Origin: Eledone cirrhosa
Taxonomy: Eukaryota
Direction: 5' to 3'
Length of the DNA: 64,000 nucleotides
Assembly: GCA_964016885.1 (NCBI GenBank)
Contig: OZ024747.1
Coordinates: 72,602,001-72,666,000, forward strand
Positions 15,001 to 26,860 of this stretch are shown one piece after another (within the stretch, counting starts at the first letter, position 1; each line of letters begins with the position of its first letter). A model generated the notes under the pieces. It saw nothing but the letters and a program-made list of their open reading frames with translations. It did no database searches and was not told the origin of the DNA. The position numbers and the translations under genes were made by a program.

Positions 15001-18000
15001 ACATTCAAAAGAGACGACGATGTAGAGACATTCAAAAGAGACGACAATGTAGAGACACATTCAAAAGAGACGACAATGTAGAGACACATTCAAAAGAGAC
15101 GACAATGTAGAAACATTCAAAAGAGACGACAATGTAGAGACACATTCAAAAAAGGAGACAATATAGAGACATTCAAAAGAGACGACAATATAGAGACATT
15201 CAAAAGAGACGACAATGTAGAGACATTCAAAAGAGACGACAATGTAGAAACATTCAAAAGAGACGACAATGTAGAGACACATTCAAAAGAGACGACAATG
15301 TAGAGACATTCAAAAGAGACGACAATGTAGAGACACATTCAAAAGAGACAACAATGTAGAGACACATTCAAAAGAGACGACAATGTAGAGACACATTCAA
15401 AAGTGACGACAATGTAGAGACATTCAAAAGAGACGACAATGTAGAGACACATTCAAAAGAGACGACAATGTAGAGACATTCAAAAGAGACGACAATGTAG
15501 AGACATTCAAAAGAGACGACAATGTAGAGACATTCAAAAGAGACGACAATGTAGAGACACATTCAAAAGAGACGACAATGTAGAGACATTCAAAAGAGAC
15601 GACAATGTAGAGACATTCAAAAGAGACGACAATGTAGAGACATTCAAAAGAGACGACGATGTAGAGACACATTCAAAAGAGACGACAATGTAGAGACACA
15701 TTCAAAAGAGACGACAATGTAGAGACATTCAAAAGAGACGACAATGTAGAGACACATTCAAAAGAGACGACAATGTAGAGACACATTCAAAAGAGACGAC
15801 AATGTAGAGACATTCAAAAGAGACGACAATGTAGAGACATTCAAAAGAGACGACAATATAGAGACACATTCAAAAGAGAAGACAATGTAGAGACATTCAA
15901 AAGAGACGACAATGTAGAGACACATTCAAAAGAGACGACAATATAGAGACATTCAAAAGAGACGACAATATAGAGACATTCAAAAGAGACGACAATGTAG
16001 AAACATTCAAAAAGACGACAATGTAGAGACACATTCAAAAGAGACGACAATATAGAGACTTTCAAAAGAGACGACAATATAGAGACATTCAAAAGAGACG
16101 ACAATGTAGAAACACATTCAAAAGAGACGACAATGTAGAGACACATTCAAAAGAGACGACAATGTAGAGACACATTCAAAAGAGACGACAATGTAGAGAC
16201 ATTCAAAAGAGACGACAATGTAGACAATTCAAAAGAGACGACAATGTAGAGACATTCAAAAGAGACGACAATGTAGAGACATTCAAAGGAGACGACAATG
16301 TAGAGACATTCAAAAGAGACGACAATGTAGAGACATTCAAAAGAGACGACAATATAGAGACACATTCAAAAGAGACGACAATGTAGAGACATTCAAAAGA
16401 GACGACAATGTAGAGACACATTAAAAAGAGACGACAATGTAGAGACATTCAAAAGAGACGACAATGTAGAGACACATTCAAAAGAGACGACAATGTTGAG
16501 ACATTCAAAAGAGACGACAATGTAGAGACACATTCAAAAGAGACGTCAATGTAGAGACATTCAAAAGAGACGACAATGTAGAGACACATTAAAAAGAGAC
16601 GACAATGTAGAGACATTCAAAAGAGACGACAATGTAGAGACACATTCAAAAGAGACGACAATGTTGAGACATTCAAAAGAGACGACAATGTAGAGACACA
16701 TTCAAAAGAGACGTCAATGTAGAGACATTCAAAAGAGACGACAATGTAGAGACACATTTAAAAGAGACGACAATATAGAGACATTCAAAAGAGACGACAA
16801 TGTAGAGACACATTCAAAAGAGACGACAATGTAGAGACATTCAAAAGAGACGGCAATGTAGAGACACATTCAAAAGAGACGACAATGTAGAGACATTCAA
16901 AAGAGACGACAATGTAGAGACACATTCAAAAGAGACGACAATGTAGAAACACATTCAAAAGAGACGACAATGTAGAGACACATTCAAAAGAGATGACAAT
17001 GTAGAGACACATTCAAAAGAGACGACAATGTAGAAACACATTCAAAAGAGACGACAATGTAGAGACACATTCAAAAGAGACGACAATGTAGAGACATTCA
17101 AAAGAGACGACAATGTATAGACATTCAAAAGAGACGACAATGTAGAGACATTCAAAAGAGACGACAATGTAGAGACATTCAAAAGAGACGACAATGTAGA
17201 AACATTCAAAAGAGACGACAATGTAGAGACATTCAAATGAGACGACGATGTAGAGACACATTCAAAAGAGACGACAATGTAGAGACACATTCAAAAGAGA
17301 CGACAATGTAGAGACATTCAAAAGAGACGACAATGTAGAGACACATTCAAAAGAGACGACAATGTAGAGACATTCAAAAGAGACGACAATGTAGAGACAC
17401 ATTCAAAAGAGACGACAATGTAGAGACACATTCAAAAGAGACGACAATGTAGAGACATTCAAAAGAGACGACAATGTAGAGACACATTCAAAAGAGACGA
17501 CAATGTAGAGACACATTCAAAAGAGACGACAATGTAGAGACACATTCAAAAGAGCGACAATGTAGAGACATTCAAAAGAGACGACAATGTAGAGACACAT
17601 TCAAAAGAGACGACAATGTAGAGACATTCAAAAGAGACGACAATGTAGAGACACATTCAAAAGAGACGACAATGTAGAGACATTCAAAAGAGACGACAAT
17701 GTAGAGACATTCAAAAGAGACGACAATATAGAGACACATTCAAAAGAGACGACAATGTAGAGACACATTCAAAAGAGACGACAATGTAGGGACACATTCA
17801 AAAGAGACGACAATATAGAGACATTCAAAAGAGACGACAATATAGAGACATTCAAAAGAGACGACAATATAGAGACACATTCAAAAGAGACGACAATGTA
17901 GAGACATTCAAAAGAGACGACAATGTAGAGACATTCAAAAGAGACGACAATGTAGAGACATTCAAAAGAGACGACAATGTAGAAACATTCAAAAGAGACG

Positions 18001-20005
18001 ACAATGTAGAGACATTCAAATGAGACGACGATGTAGAGACACATTCAAAAGAGACGACAATGTAGAGACACATTCAAAAGAGACGACAATGTAGAGACAT
18101 TCAAAAGAGACGACAATGTAGAGACACATTCAAAAGAGACGACAATGTAGAGACACATTCAAAAGAGACGACAATGTAGAGACACATTCAAAAGAGCGAC
18201 AATGTAGAGACATTCAAAAGAGACGACAATGTAGAGACACATTCAAAAGAGACGACAATGTAGAGACATTCAAAAGAGACGACAATGTAGAGACACATTC
18301 AAAAGAGACGACAATGTAGAGACATTCAAAAGAGACGACAATGTAGAGACATTCAAAAGAGACGACAATATAGAGACACATTCAAAAGAGACGACAATGT
18401 AGAGACACATTCAAAAGAGACGACAATGTAGGGACACATTCAAAAGAGACGACAATATAGAGACATTCAAAAGAGACGACAATATAGAGACATTCAAAAG
18501 AGACGACAATGTAGAGACACATTCAAATGAGACGACGATGTAGAGACATTCAAAAGAGACGACAATGTAGAGACACATTCAAAAGAGACGACAATGTAGA
18601 GACACATTCAAAAGAGACGACAATGTAGAAACATTCAAAAGAGACGACAATGTAGAGACACATTCAAAAGAGACGACAATGTAGAGACATTCAAAAGAGA
18701 CGACAATGTAGAGACACATTCAAAAGAGACGACAATATAGAGACATTCAAAAGAGACGACAATGTAGAGACACATTCAAAAGAGACGACAATGTAGAGAC
18801 ATTCAAAAGAGACGACAATGTAGAGACACATTCAAAAGAGACGACAATGTAGAGACATTCAAAAGAGACGACAATGTAGAGACACATTCAAAAGAGACGA
18901 CAATGTAGAAACACATTCAAAAGAGACGACAATGTAGAGACATTCAAAAGAGACGACAATGTAGAGACACATTCAAAAGAGACGACAATGTAGAGACACA
19001 TTCAAAAGAGACGACAATATAGAGACACATTCAAAAGAGACGACAATGTAGAAACACATTCAAAAGAGACGACGATGTAGAGACATTCAAAAGAGACGAC
19101 AATGTAGAAACACATTCAAAAGAGACGACAATGTAGAGACATTCAAAAGAGACGACAATGTAGAGACACATTCAAAAGAGACGACAATGTAGAGACACAT
19201 TCAAAAGAGACGACAATGTAGAGACACATTCAAAAGAGACGACAATGTAGAGACACATTCAAAAGAGACGACAATGTAGAGACATTCAAAAGAGACGACA
19301 ATGTAGAGACACATTCAAAAGAGACGACAATGTAGAGACACATTCAAAAGAGACGACAATGTAGAGACACATTCAAAAGAGACGACAATGTAGAGACATT
19401 CAAAAGAGACGACAATGTAGAGACACATTCAAAAGAGACGACAATGTAGAAACACATTCAAAAGAGACGACAATGTAGAGACACATTCAAAAGAGACGAC
19501 AATGTAGAGACACATTCAAAAGAGACGACAATGTAGAGACATTCAAAAGAGACGACAATGTAGAGACACATTCAAAAGAGACGACAATGTAGAGACACAT
19601 TCAAAAGAGACGACAATCTAGAGACACTCAAAAGAGACGACAATGTAGAGACATTCAAAAGAGACGACAATGTAGAGACATTCAAAAGAGACGACAATGT
19701 AGAGACACATTCAAAAGAGACGACAATGTAGAGACACTCAAAAGAGACGACAATGTAGAGACACTCAAAAGAGACGACAATGTAGAGACATTCAAAAGAG
19801 ACGACAATGTAGAGACATTCAAAAGAGACGACAATGTAGAGACACATTCAAAAGAGACGACAATGTAGTGACACATTCAAAAGAGACGACAATGTAGAGA
19901 CATTCAAAAGAGACGACAATGTAGAGACACATTCAAAAGAGACGACAATGTAGAGACATTCAAAAGAGACGACAATGTAGAGACACATTCAAAAGAGACG
20001 ACAAT
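1..20005. repeat. Satellite array of mixed 27-bp and 29-bp monomers (ttcaaaagagacgacaatgtagagac[ac]a), roughly 700 units, running off the window start
   Basis: Continuous tandem repeat with no spacers. Monomers differ by one (ac) dinucleotide and scattered substitutions. All ORFs here are translations of the repeat. Confidence 0.98.
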
Positions 20006-20120
20006 TTACAATTTACCAGGAATAAAATAATTGTTTATTGTAAAGTCTTAAGATTAAGAAAAATCATGAACTATAGAAAACATTTATTTATTAATAAAAG
20101 AAAACTCCCAATAATTTAGG

Positions 20121-20455
20121 TACTGTCGGGTCCCAAATAATAGGGAGAGGGAGGAATAAGTGGAGGGGGTGGAATAAGTGGGGGTGGGGTGGAAAATCGG
20201 TAATTTTTCTAGGTTGTCTCTGTTAATGCTTTTAAAAACCAGAATTATTTGTTTAGTTTAAATATTGAGACCCAAGCCATTATATTTATTTTATAACATG
20301 TGGGATTTCTTGTAATGTACTTTGTTTGCCATGTATTATGTTTTTAATGTCTAAAGAAAATCAATTGCCGCAGGAATGCTACTTAATTAACATTTCGCCG
20401 GAAATAGATTAGCAAAATTTAATAAGCGGGGAGGGGAACGATTACACGGTCAGTA
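20121..20455 (+). mobile_element. MITE-like non-autonomous DNA element, copy 1
   Basis: Colinear with 46315-46649 (ggaataag..ggaaaatcggtaa..aaaaccagaatta..tttttaatgtctaaagaaaat..gcaggaatgctac..tttcgccgga). Termini tactg...cagta. Confidence 0.55.
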
Positions 20456-20489
20456 ATTTTGGTGGGGGAGGGTATAAGTCGATGATATA

Positions 20490-20835
20490 TGGACCTCAGT
20501 ACATAACTGGTACTGTACTTTATTTCATGATACCTGATAAGATGAAAGACAGAATGTAAAAGACATTTTTGTCAGTCGCTCCATCGATCTTTTCTAATTC
20601 GCCGCTTTGGAAACTAATAATTTTTTCTACTTTAGGCACAAGTCCAGCAATTTTGGGGGAAAAGGAAGTCAATTAAATCGGTAGGGTTTGAACTTAAAAC
20701 GTATAGGGCCGTAACTCTATGCCGCTAAACATGCTGTCCGACGCTCTACTTATACTGCCAATCCTTCGCTTTACAATAATGATTTCTGATTTAGGCACAA
20801 GGCCAACAATTTTGGGAGAGTAGAATGTAGATTAA
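20490..20835 (-). mobile_element. Cluster of degraded tRNA-derived SINE fragments
   Basis: Blocks shared with 24820-25006 (actggtac..gatgaaag; ctttaggcacaag..ccagcaatt; gggccgtaactctat..gtccgacgctctac..actgccaatcc). Confidence 0.7.
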
Positions 20836-20894
<59 letters not shown>

Positions 20895-20901
<7 letters not shown>

Positions 20902-21649
20902 AAACGAAATTTCATTTCTCACTCTTAGTACGGCACTTACTTAAATGTAAGTATGTATGTATGTATGTATACGTACATACATATATGTATACAGACGTAC
21001 AGTAGTATGTATATATATACACACATGCACATATATATATATATATGCACGTATCGGTTTACCGAACATTTATTATAATGCTCGGTTTGTTTGTTTGTAA
21101 ACAAACAAACAGCCCGAATTACGCCGTACAGAGTTTAGGCAACCACGTCACCTTTTTGTCCAACACTGACACTCTGTATGTACGTATACATACATACTTA
21201 CATTTAAGTAAGTGCCGTACTAAGAGTGAGAAATGAAATTTCGTTTCATTCTATTCCATTTATCGTTTTCGGTGTGCCCGGCCGACTGAACTCACTCGAT
21301 ATCCAAATTAGGCTGCTCAGCCGTTAATATGCATAAGGAAAATATATACTTTCAGACGTTCAACCATCTGGCAGGAAGGAATACGATGCTGACGATAGCT
21401 AATAAGCTTGAAACTAGTACATCGTTCCTGTGTCAGTGTTGAATAAAAAGGTCACGTGGTTGCCTAAACTCTGTACGGCGTAATTCGGGCTGTTTGTTTG
21501 TTTACAAACAAACAAACCGAGCATTATAATAAATGTTCGGTAAATCGATACGTGCATATATATATGTGTGCATGTGTGTATATATATACATACTACTGTA
21601 CGTCTGTATACATATATGTATGTACGTATACATACATACATACTTACAT
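20895..21649. mobile_element. Hammerhead-containing non-coding retroelement (retrozyme- or Penelope pLTR-like): forward 442-bp monomer plus an upstream inverted, circularly permuted partial copy
   Basis: 20895-20981 is the reverse complement of 21175-21253. 20945-21172 is the reverse complement of 21430-21649. 21175-21203 recurs directly at 21617-21649. Flanked by (CA)/(TA) tracts. Confidence 0.7.
21383..21425 (+). ncRNA. Minimal type I hammerhead ribozyme
   Basis: acgatg-CTGACGA-tagct aata agctt-GAAA-ctag-TA-catcgt. Stem I acgatg/catcgt is perfect and stem III is the palindrome ACTAGT. Predicted cleavage after 21419 (GUA). The first stem II pair is a U-U mismatch. Confidence 0.8.
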
Positions 21650-21715
21650 ATATGTATATATATATATATATGTGTGTGTAGATACACACACACACATACA
21701 TAGACATACCCCCCC

Positions 21716-21789
<74 letters not shown>

Positions 21790-22454
21790 TGTCAGATAAT
21801 TTCGAGAAAATTCAACCGATTTTATTTTATTAGAGAGAAGGTGGGAGACAGGGAAACAGACAAAACTGCATAATAGAAAAATGGGACAAAATGAAAGAAA
21901 AAAGGAAAGAAAGAAGGAAAAAGGCTATGAAATAGACGGGCAATTAATCTTACTTTTGTATATTTGTCTGATCAGTTCGATTTCCAATCCTCTCCACGTG
22001 TGCTATTTTTATTCTGAAATCACTCATTTCGATATTCGCAATAAATTATCCGCTGATATATTCCTCTATTCAGAATATCGATATCGATATATATTGACTG
22101 TTATATAAATAAATATCGATTGATCATATATCTATTTTCTCCAACGCCGCTACTTACACAATGTAGAAAATATTCCATCAATATTACCCAAATGATGCTG
22201 GCATTAATTTTCAAAATTAGCCAAGGTTTCTTCGCCAAGCTATTCATCCCATACGAAGTTCACATCACATAATAACATTTGATCCGTAACTCCAGGTGGG
22301 GTCATTCGGGTGCCATATTGATTTACGGTATTTTTCAGGACATTTTTTAAAACCTGGCGGAGGCCACCCCCTCCTCATGTCTGCATACAGCAGATATCTT
22401 CCAGAGAAGGATAGAGTGAGAGAATGAAAGTGAGAAAGAGATATGGAGGAAGAA

Positions 22455-22610
22455 TCGACCCCAGTACTGGAATGGTACTCTTTTATCGACCTCGACTGGA
22501 TGAAAGGCAAAGCTGAACTGGGCGGGATTTCAACTGAGAGAGCAGATAGCCGAAACCAATACCACGAATCATTCTGTCCGACCTTCTAACGACTCTGCCA
22601 ATTCACCACC
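22455..22610 (-). mobile_element. tRNA-derived SINE (degraded)
   Basis: atcgaccccagtac..ggtactcttttatcgacc..ggatgaaaggcaaag..ggcgggattt..gtccgacc..ctgccaattcaccacc; same family as 24820-25006. Confidence 0.75.
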
Positions 22611-22630
22611 TTCATAATAACATTTTGAGA

Positions 22631-22812
22631 CAACAATTTCACCTCAGTTAGTCCTCGTCTCTTTAACATCATGCCGAAACAAATTAATGAAGAAAAAAGG
22701 TTCCATAACATTCGTATGGTTCCTGGACAATTTCTTTCAAGAAATTCTAGATAAACCAACTACACCCAGATGCGTTTCTGCCAACAACAAATACTTATTG
22801 GAGTGAGCTATA
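22631..22812 (+). mobile_element. Degenerate 3' end of a CR1-like LINE ORF2
   Basis: Translates, with disruptions, to NNFTSVSPRLFNIMPKQI...LDNFFQEILDKPTTPRCVSANN..LLE, resembling the CR1/L2-group C-terminal RLFN..P..I...LD.FL..IPD.P motif. Confidence 0.55.
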
Positions 22813-23220
22813 GTGTCGAAGCCAGCATGATTTAAATTACTTCGTCTCTTTGAGCTATTAAATTAGACAAAGTTTTGGTCAATACTGACCAAAACATACC
22901 TCGCCGTGTGCTGCGATCGATCTAAATAATTTAACGAAATAAAACTCTGATCATATTTATTTCATGTAGACTGAACTCGCGTATTTCCAGTTGATAGATG
23001 CTTTTTGTATTTATTTCTTTTTGACAATTTAGTGAAAGAGGTAGTGGTGGTGCCTATGGCCCTTTTCAAGGTCGTCAAGACTGTTAACTGGATTTGAACT
23101 CACAGAGAGGCGGAACAAATGACACAAGGCACAAGAAAGGAGTATCTGTAACTCGATATATATATATAGAGAGAGAGATGGGGTTTGAAAGAATAAAAAA
23201 AATACATAGATAGATAGATA

Positions 23221-23760
23221 TATTTCTTTATTTACCATAAAGGCATAAAAAGAAGGGACAAATACAAAGGGGGAGTTTACATACAATCGAGTAAAAAGGG
23301 TGTAACATGAAAATAATCGAAAATAACCTCAAAAGGGAGGGGACGTGATGGGGGTTGCACACACCCCCGAAAAAGTGTGCAATCCTTTGCCCGGGGAGCA
23401 CATGGAGAAGGTGCTCCCCTCTCCTTTACTTCTTTACCTACAGGATGGTATACAGAGAAGGCCCATTTACACGAGCCATTCTCGCCACTATCACCCACCT
23501 TTCATAAAACTGCCTGTGGCCAAGCACCTCTCTCTCCATTCTTATCCTTCTTCCGAAGTGATATCGGAAGAAGTAGACCAGACTATAGCCAGAGAGGAAG
23601 TTGTCTGACCTCAGACCTTTCAATCGTGTCCACCAAACAACCTCTTTCAACATAGCTATTACGCACAGAAAAACCGCTTTTGCTTCCTTTGTGAAGAGGG
23701 GAGGCGGTTTGATTGTCATCACGGACTCGGCGGTCAATTGAATCGGCGCCACCCGTGCTG
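23221..23760 (-). mobile_element. 5'-truncated L1/Tx1-clade LINE (ORF2 C-terminus + 3' UTR)
   Basis: ORF 23438-23785 (AVFLCVIAMLKEVVWWTRLKG..FFRYHFGRRIRMERE..RWV..ARMARVNGPSL) matches the copies at 39050 and 41826. The 3' end abuts (GATA)n at 23206-23220. Confidence 0.9.
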
Positions 23761-24310
23761 TGTCTAAAAATTTCTGAACCAGCACCCCAACTAATTTTAG
23801 CCACGAGCCACCACTGATTGCATCTGATCATACAGCAGTTTTATTTTTGTGTGTGGTCTTAGGGTTAGGGTTAGGCACCAATTTGGAAATGTTCTCAGAC
23901 CCGCGAAGACTAGGCTTTTTTTTTTAGATGCACCCTTTACCCTCCTCAGTGTAACTATATCAGCTGTGAGAGTATTCTAGAGAGCTAACAATGTCACCTA
24001 TTGGTCCATCTAGTAGCTTACTGCTGTTTGGTCCGGGATTATCAGGTTGGAGTCCATTTATATTGAAACTATCACATCAGGTGGTCGTATTGCTACCGCC
24101 ACCTGTGGCCCGTTCTCTAGCAGAACAGTTCTGCCGAGAAAGTACGTTGTTCTGGTTGTTGTTCACGTCGTCGTCGCCGTTGTTGTTCATGTCGTCATCA
24201 TCATCATCGTCATTGTTGTAATTTCCGAATTGCCAAGATTTTAATTACTCTATTCTATTCTTTACCCTTCCACACACACACAGACAGACACACATACACA
24301 CTCACATGCG

Positions 24311-24316
<6 letters not shown>

Positions 24317-24401
<85 letters not shown>
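24317..24401. repeat. (CA)n microsatellite
   Basis: Direct reading. Confidence 0.95.
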
Positions 24402-24405
<4 letters not shown>

Positions 24406-24819
24406 GAAATTAATACAATAAAGAAATTCGTAGAACATGGTGTCGTTGACCGGACTACACTTGAAATTAAGAATATCATTAAATCTTCTTCTCATTATTC
24501 TTCTTCTTATTATTATTATCATTATTACTATTATTATCATTAGTCTTATTGCATGTCCCCACTGTATTAGCGAGCACAGCTCTTTACGTCATAGTTATGT
24601 ATGTTGCTCTTGATCTATATGTTGTTCTTGATCTATATGTGGAAAAGAGATTGTATGTCACGTAGTTATGACAAGGCTAGGTTTGTTTTGTTGCATTACC
24701 TTAGTATTCTGTCTGTTGTACAATCTAAACTCTAATAAAGTAAGGAGAACGGGACTACGAACGGTTTATATTTTTATATCCCATTAGTAAAATAAGTTGG
24801 ATTACTTTGAATAAATAAT

Positions 24820-25006
24820 TGTTTCTACTTTAGGCACAAGGCCAGCAATTACTCAGTGCATTACTGGTATTTTATTTTATCGACCCCGTAAGGATGAAAG
24901 GCAAAGTTAACCTCGGCGGGATTTGAACTCAGACTGGCAAGGGCCGTAACTCTATACGTCAAAGCATGGCGTCCGACCCTCTACCGATACTGCCAATCCA
25001 CCGCCC
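24820..25006 (-). mobile_element. tRNA-derived SINE with an 18-bp target-site duplication
   Basis: Minus-strand head ggcggtggattggcagtatcggtagagggtcggac. TSD ttactttgaataaataat at 24802-24819 and 25007-25024. Confidence 0.85.
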
Positions 25007-25185
25007 TTACTTTGAATAAATAATGAATGAATATTACATAAATTATCAAACTAAATTTCGTGGCTGTTGATTAAATATATTTATTTAAAGATTCACTTCT
25101 TTAAAATTTCTGAAATGTCAACACTTCCGGTTGGCCATCGCTTAAATAAACATACTAATTTTCTCCTAATGCAGTTCATATATAA

Positions 25186-26618
25186 CTAGCAGCTGAGCCC
25201 GGTTGCACCCGGGGCCACTTCTTATTAAATTAATAATTTGAAAAATATTATTGAAAGTTTATTATAAAGAAGCAGTTTCAGGGAAAAAAATAGAAATATG
25301 CACTTGGGGCTGGACGGCGTACAATGAGAAGTGAAGCGACGTGAAAAGCGTTGTTTATTAACAGCGAAATAGCAATGTCGATGATATACAATTTGAAAAA
25401 TACTACTTACTGTTAGTGGTGGTTAACATGTATTAGAATTAAAATAAAAACACGCGTCCCTTCTTCGCAATTTAAGGGTTTTATTTCTTTTGATGAAAAA
25501 CAGTGACCGTACTGCAGAATCGATTTCATAAAACGGTAATGTGAAAATGAAACGTACTGTAGAAGGCAACAGTTTATTAATCTGCATTTTCAAACTTGCA
25601 TATCATCGACATTGCTGTTTCGCTGTTAATAAAGAACGCTTTTCACGTCGCTCCACTTCTCATTGTACGCCATCCAGCCCCAAGTGCATATTTCTATTTA
25701 TTTACTATTTAGAAACTGCTTCTTTATAATAAACTTTCAATAATATTTTTCAAATTATTGGTACTGCATGTTAACAGCGAAAGAACGTTGATTAGTTTCA
25801 AAATTTGTATGAAATTGTAAATAACTCATCCAAGTATTAGAACATGGGGGAATAACTCACCAAACGCGATAGTAAATAGACAGTTTTGGGGCCCCAGGGA
25901 ACACGTTTTTCAAGGTAGAGATTTGAAACCTCGTCTATTTGCTGCCATGGCAGTTTTTACATAGGTGTGTACATTTTCATGTCAATCCGACCATGTCTAC
26001 TACCATTGAACCGTGCACATCTGAATTTCAACCACCACCCTTTTCACAAATATATTGTAGTGACCTACATTCCGCGGGCTCACATACATTCTCTGTGCGT
26101 GATTTGGCTCAGTTCAGCCAATCAGCGCCAGTAGAAGAGGATGTATCCCTACGCGCCCTGAGGAAGAAATTCCCCGCGAAGATTTGAAGAATCTCTCTCT
26201 TGTACCAGAAACTTCGAGCCAGCAACACGCATAATGTAACCGTGAGATATTGCACCCCTAGCCTCGCCGGCTTAACGGCGCAATGGCACATTCCCTTTTG
26301 TAACCCCTTTTTATCTGTAACTTCAACCATATAAATAAACAGACATTTCATCTCTAATTGCTGCTGTTGAAATCGTTGTTATGTTACTCGTGTCTCAATG
26401 ACATCTTTAATCCATGCTGCTGGAATTGGCGACCTGACGAAAGGAATATTGTAAATAGATGGTAAATAGATCGAGGGACCTTCCCTCACGTCTATGTCAA
26501 CAAGATAATCCAATGAGGATACTATCACTTACCACACTGACAACTAACGACCACTGATTCTACCACCCTGCTAAAGTGGCGACTACTCTATAACCAATAC
26601 CTGTTAATATATATTAGA
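25186..26618 (-). mobile_element. Non-autonomous Helitron with an internal inverted repeat and a nested insertion
   Basis: The minus-strand 3' end has hairpin cccgggtgcaaccggg followed by CTAG|T at 25186. Putative 5' end A|TCTAATATATA at 26618. Inverted repeat ~25232-25400 / ~25586-25758. Confidence 0.65.
26056..26607 (+). mobile_element. Possible solo-LTR-like insertion inside the Helitron 5' terminus
   Basis: Starts tgtag, contains aataaa, and is flanked by duplicated (aa)tatat (26049-26055, 26606-26612). Removing it restores cacaaatatatattagat. The canonical terminal CA is missing. Confidence 0.35.
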
Positions 26619-26786
26619 TATCGTATTTTTTTATGTATCATGGATTATGTTACTGATTAAATAAGACAGTGTAACGTAGTCTTCGTTCAATTTCTATGTA
26701 TATTGTCAATTACGATTTTATTTGATGTATCATAACTACATGTATATATACTTGCGTATAATATCAATATACACACTACACATGCA

Positions 26787-26822
26787 TAGCAGAAAACCGC
26801 CGGAAGGGTGGTTTTCTGCTAG
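26787..26822 (+). other. 15-bp stem hairpin ending in CTAG|T (Helitron-like 3' terminus)
   Basis: tagcagaaaaccgcc ggaag ggtggttttctgcta, ending in ctagt, about 40 bp upstream of the 48-bp satellite. Confidence 0.45.
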
Positions 26823-26860
26823 TGTTGTATAATGTCTTATATTGTTGGTGTCTATGTTTT

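Noticed and set aside
1-20005. CRISPR array or protein-coding repeats (dozens of CLYIVVSFE ORFs)
   Set aside because: Repeats are contiguous with no unique spacers, there are no cas genes and the context is eukaryotic. The ORFs arise because 27 is a multiple of 3.
22150-22400. Possible host exon on the minus strand (pyrimidine tract + AG near 22398, gtaagt donor near 22156)
   Set aside because: All three frames hit stops between the sites and the peptide is not recognisable.
23859-23875. Telomeric TTAGGG motif
   Set aside because: Fewer than three units, embedded in what looks like a dispersed repeat; not a telomere remnant that can be supported.
26158-26445. CTGAGGA (26158) and CTGACGA (26434) as hammerhead cores
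   Set aside because: No stem II closing onto GAAA and no matching stem I.
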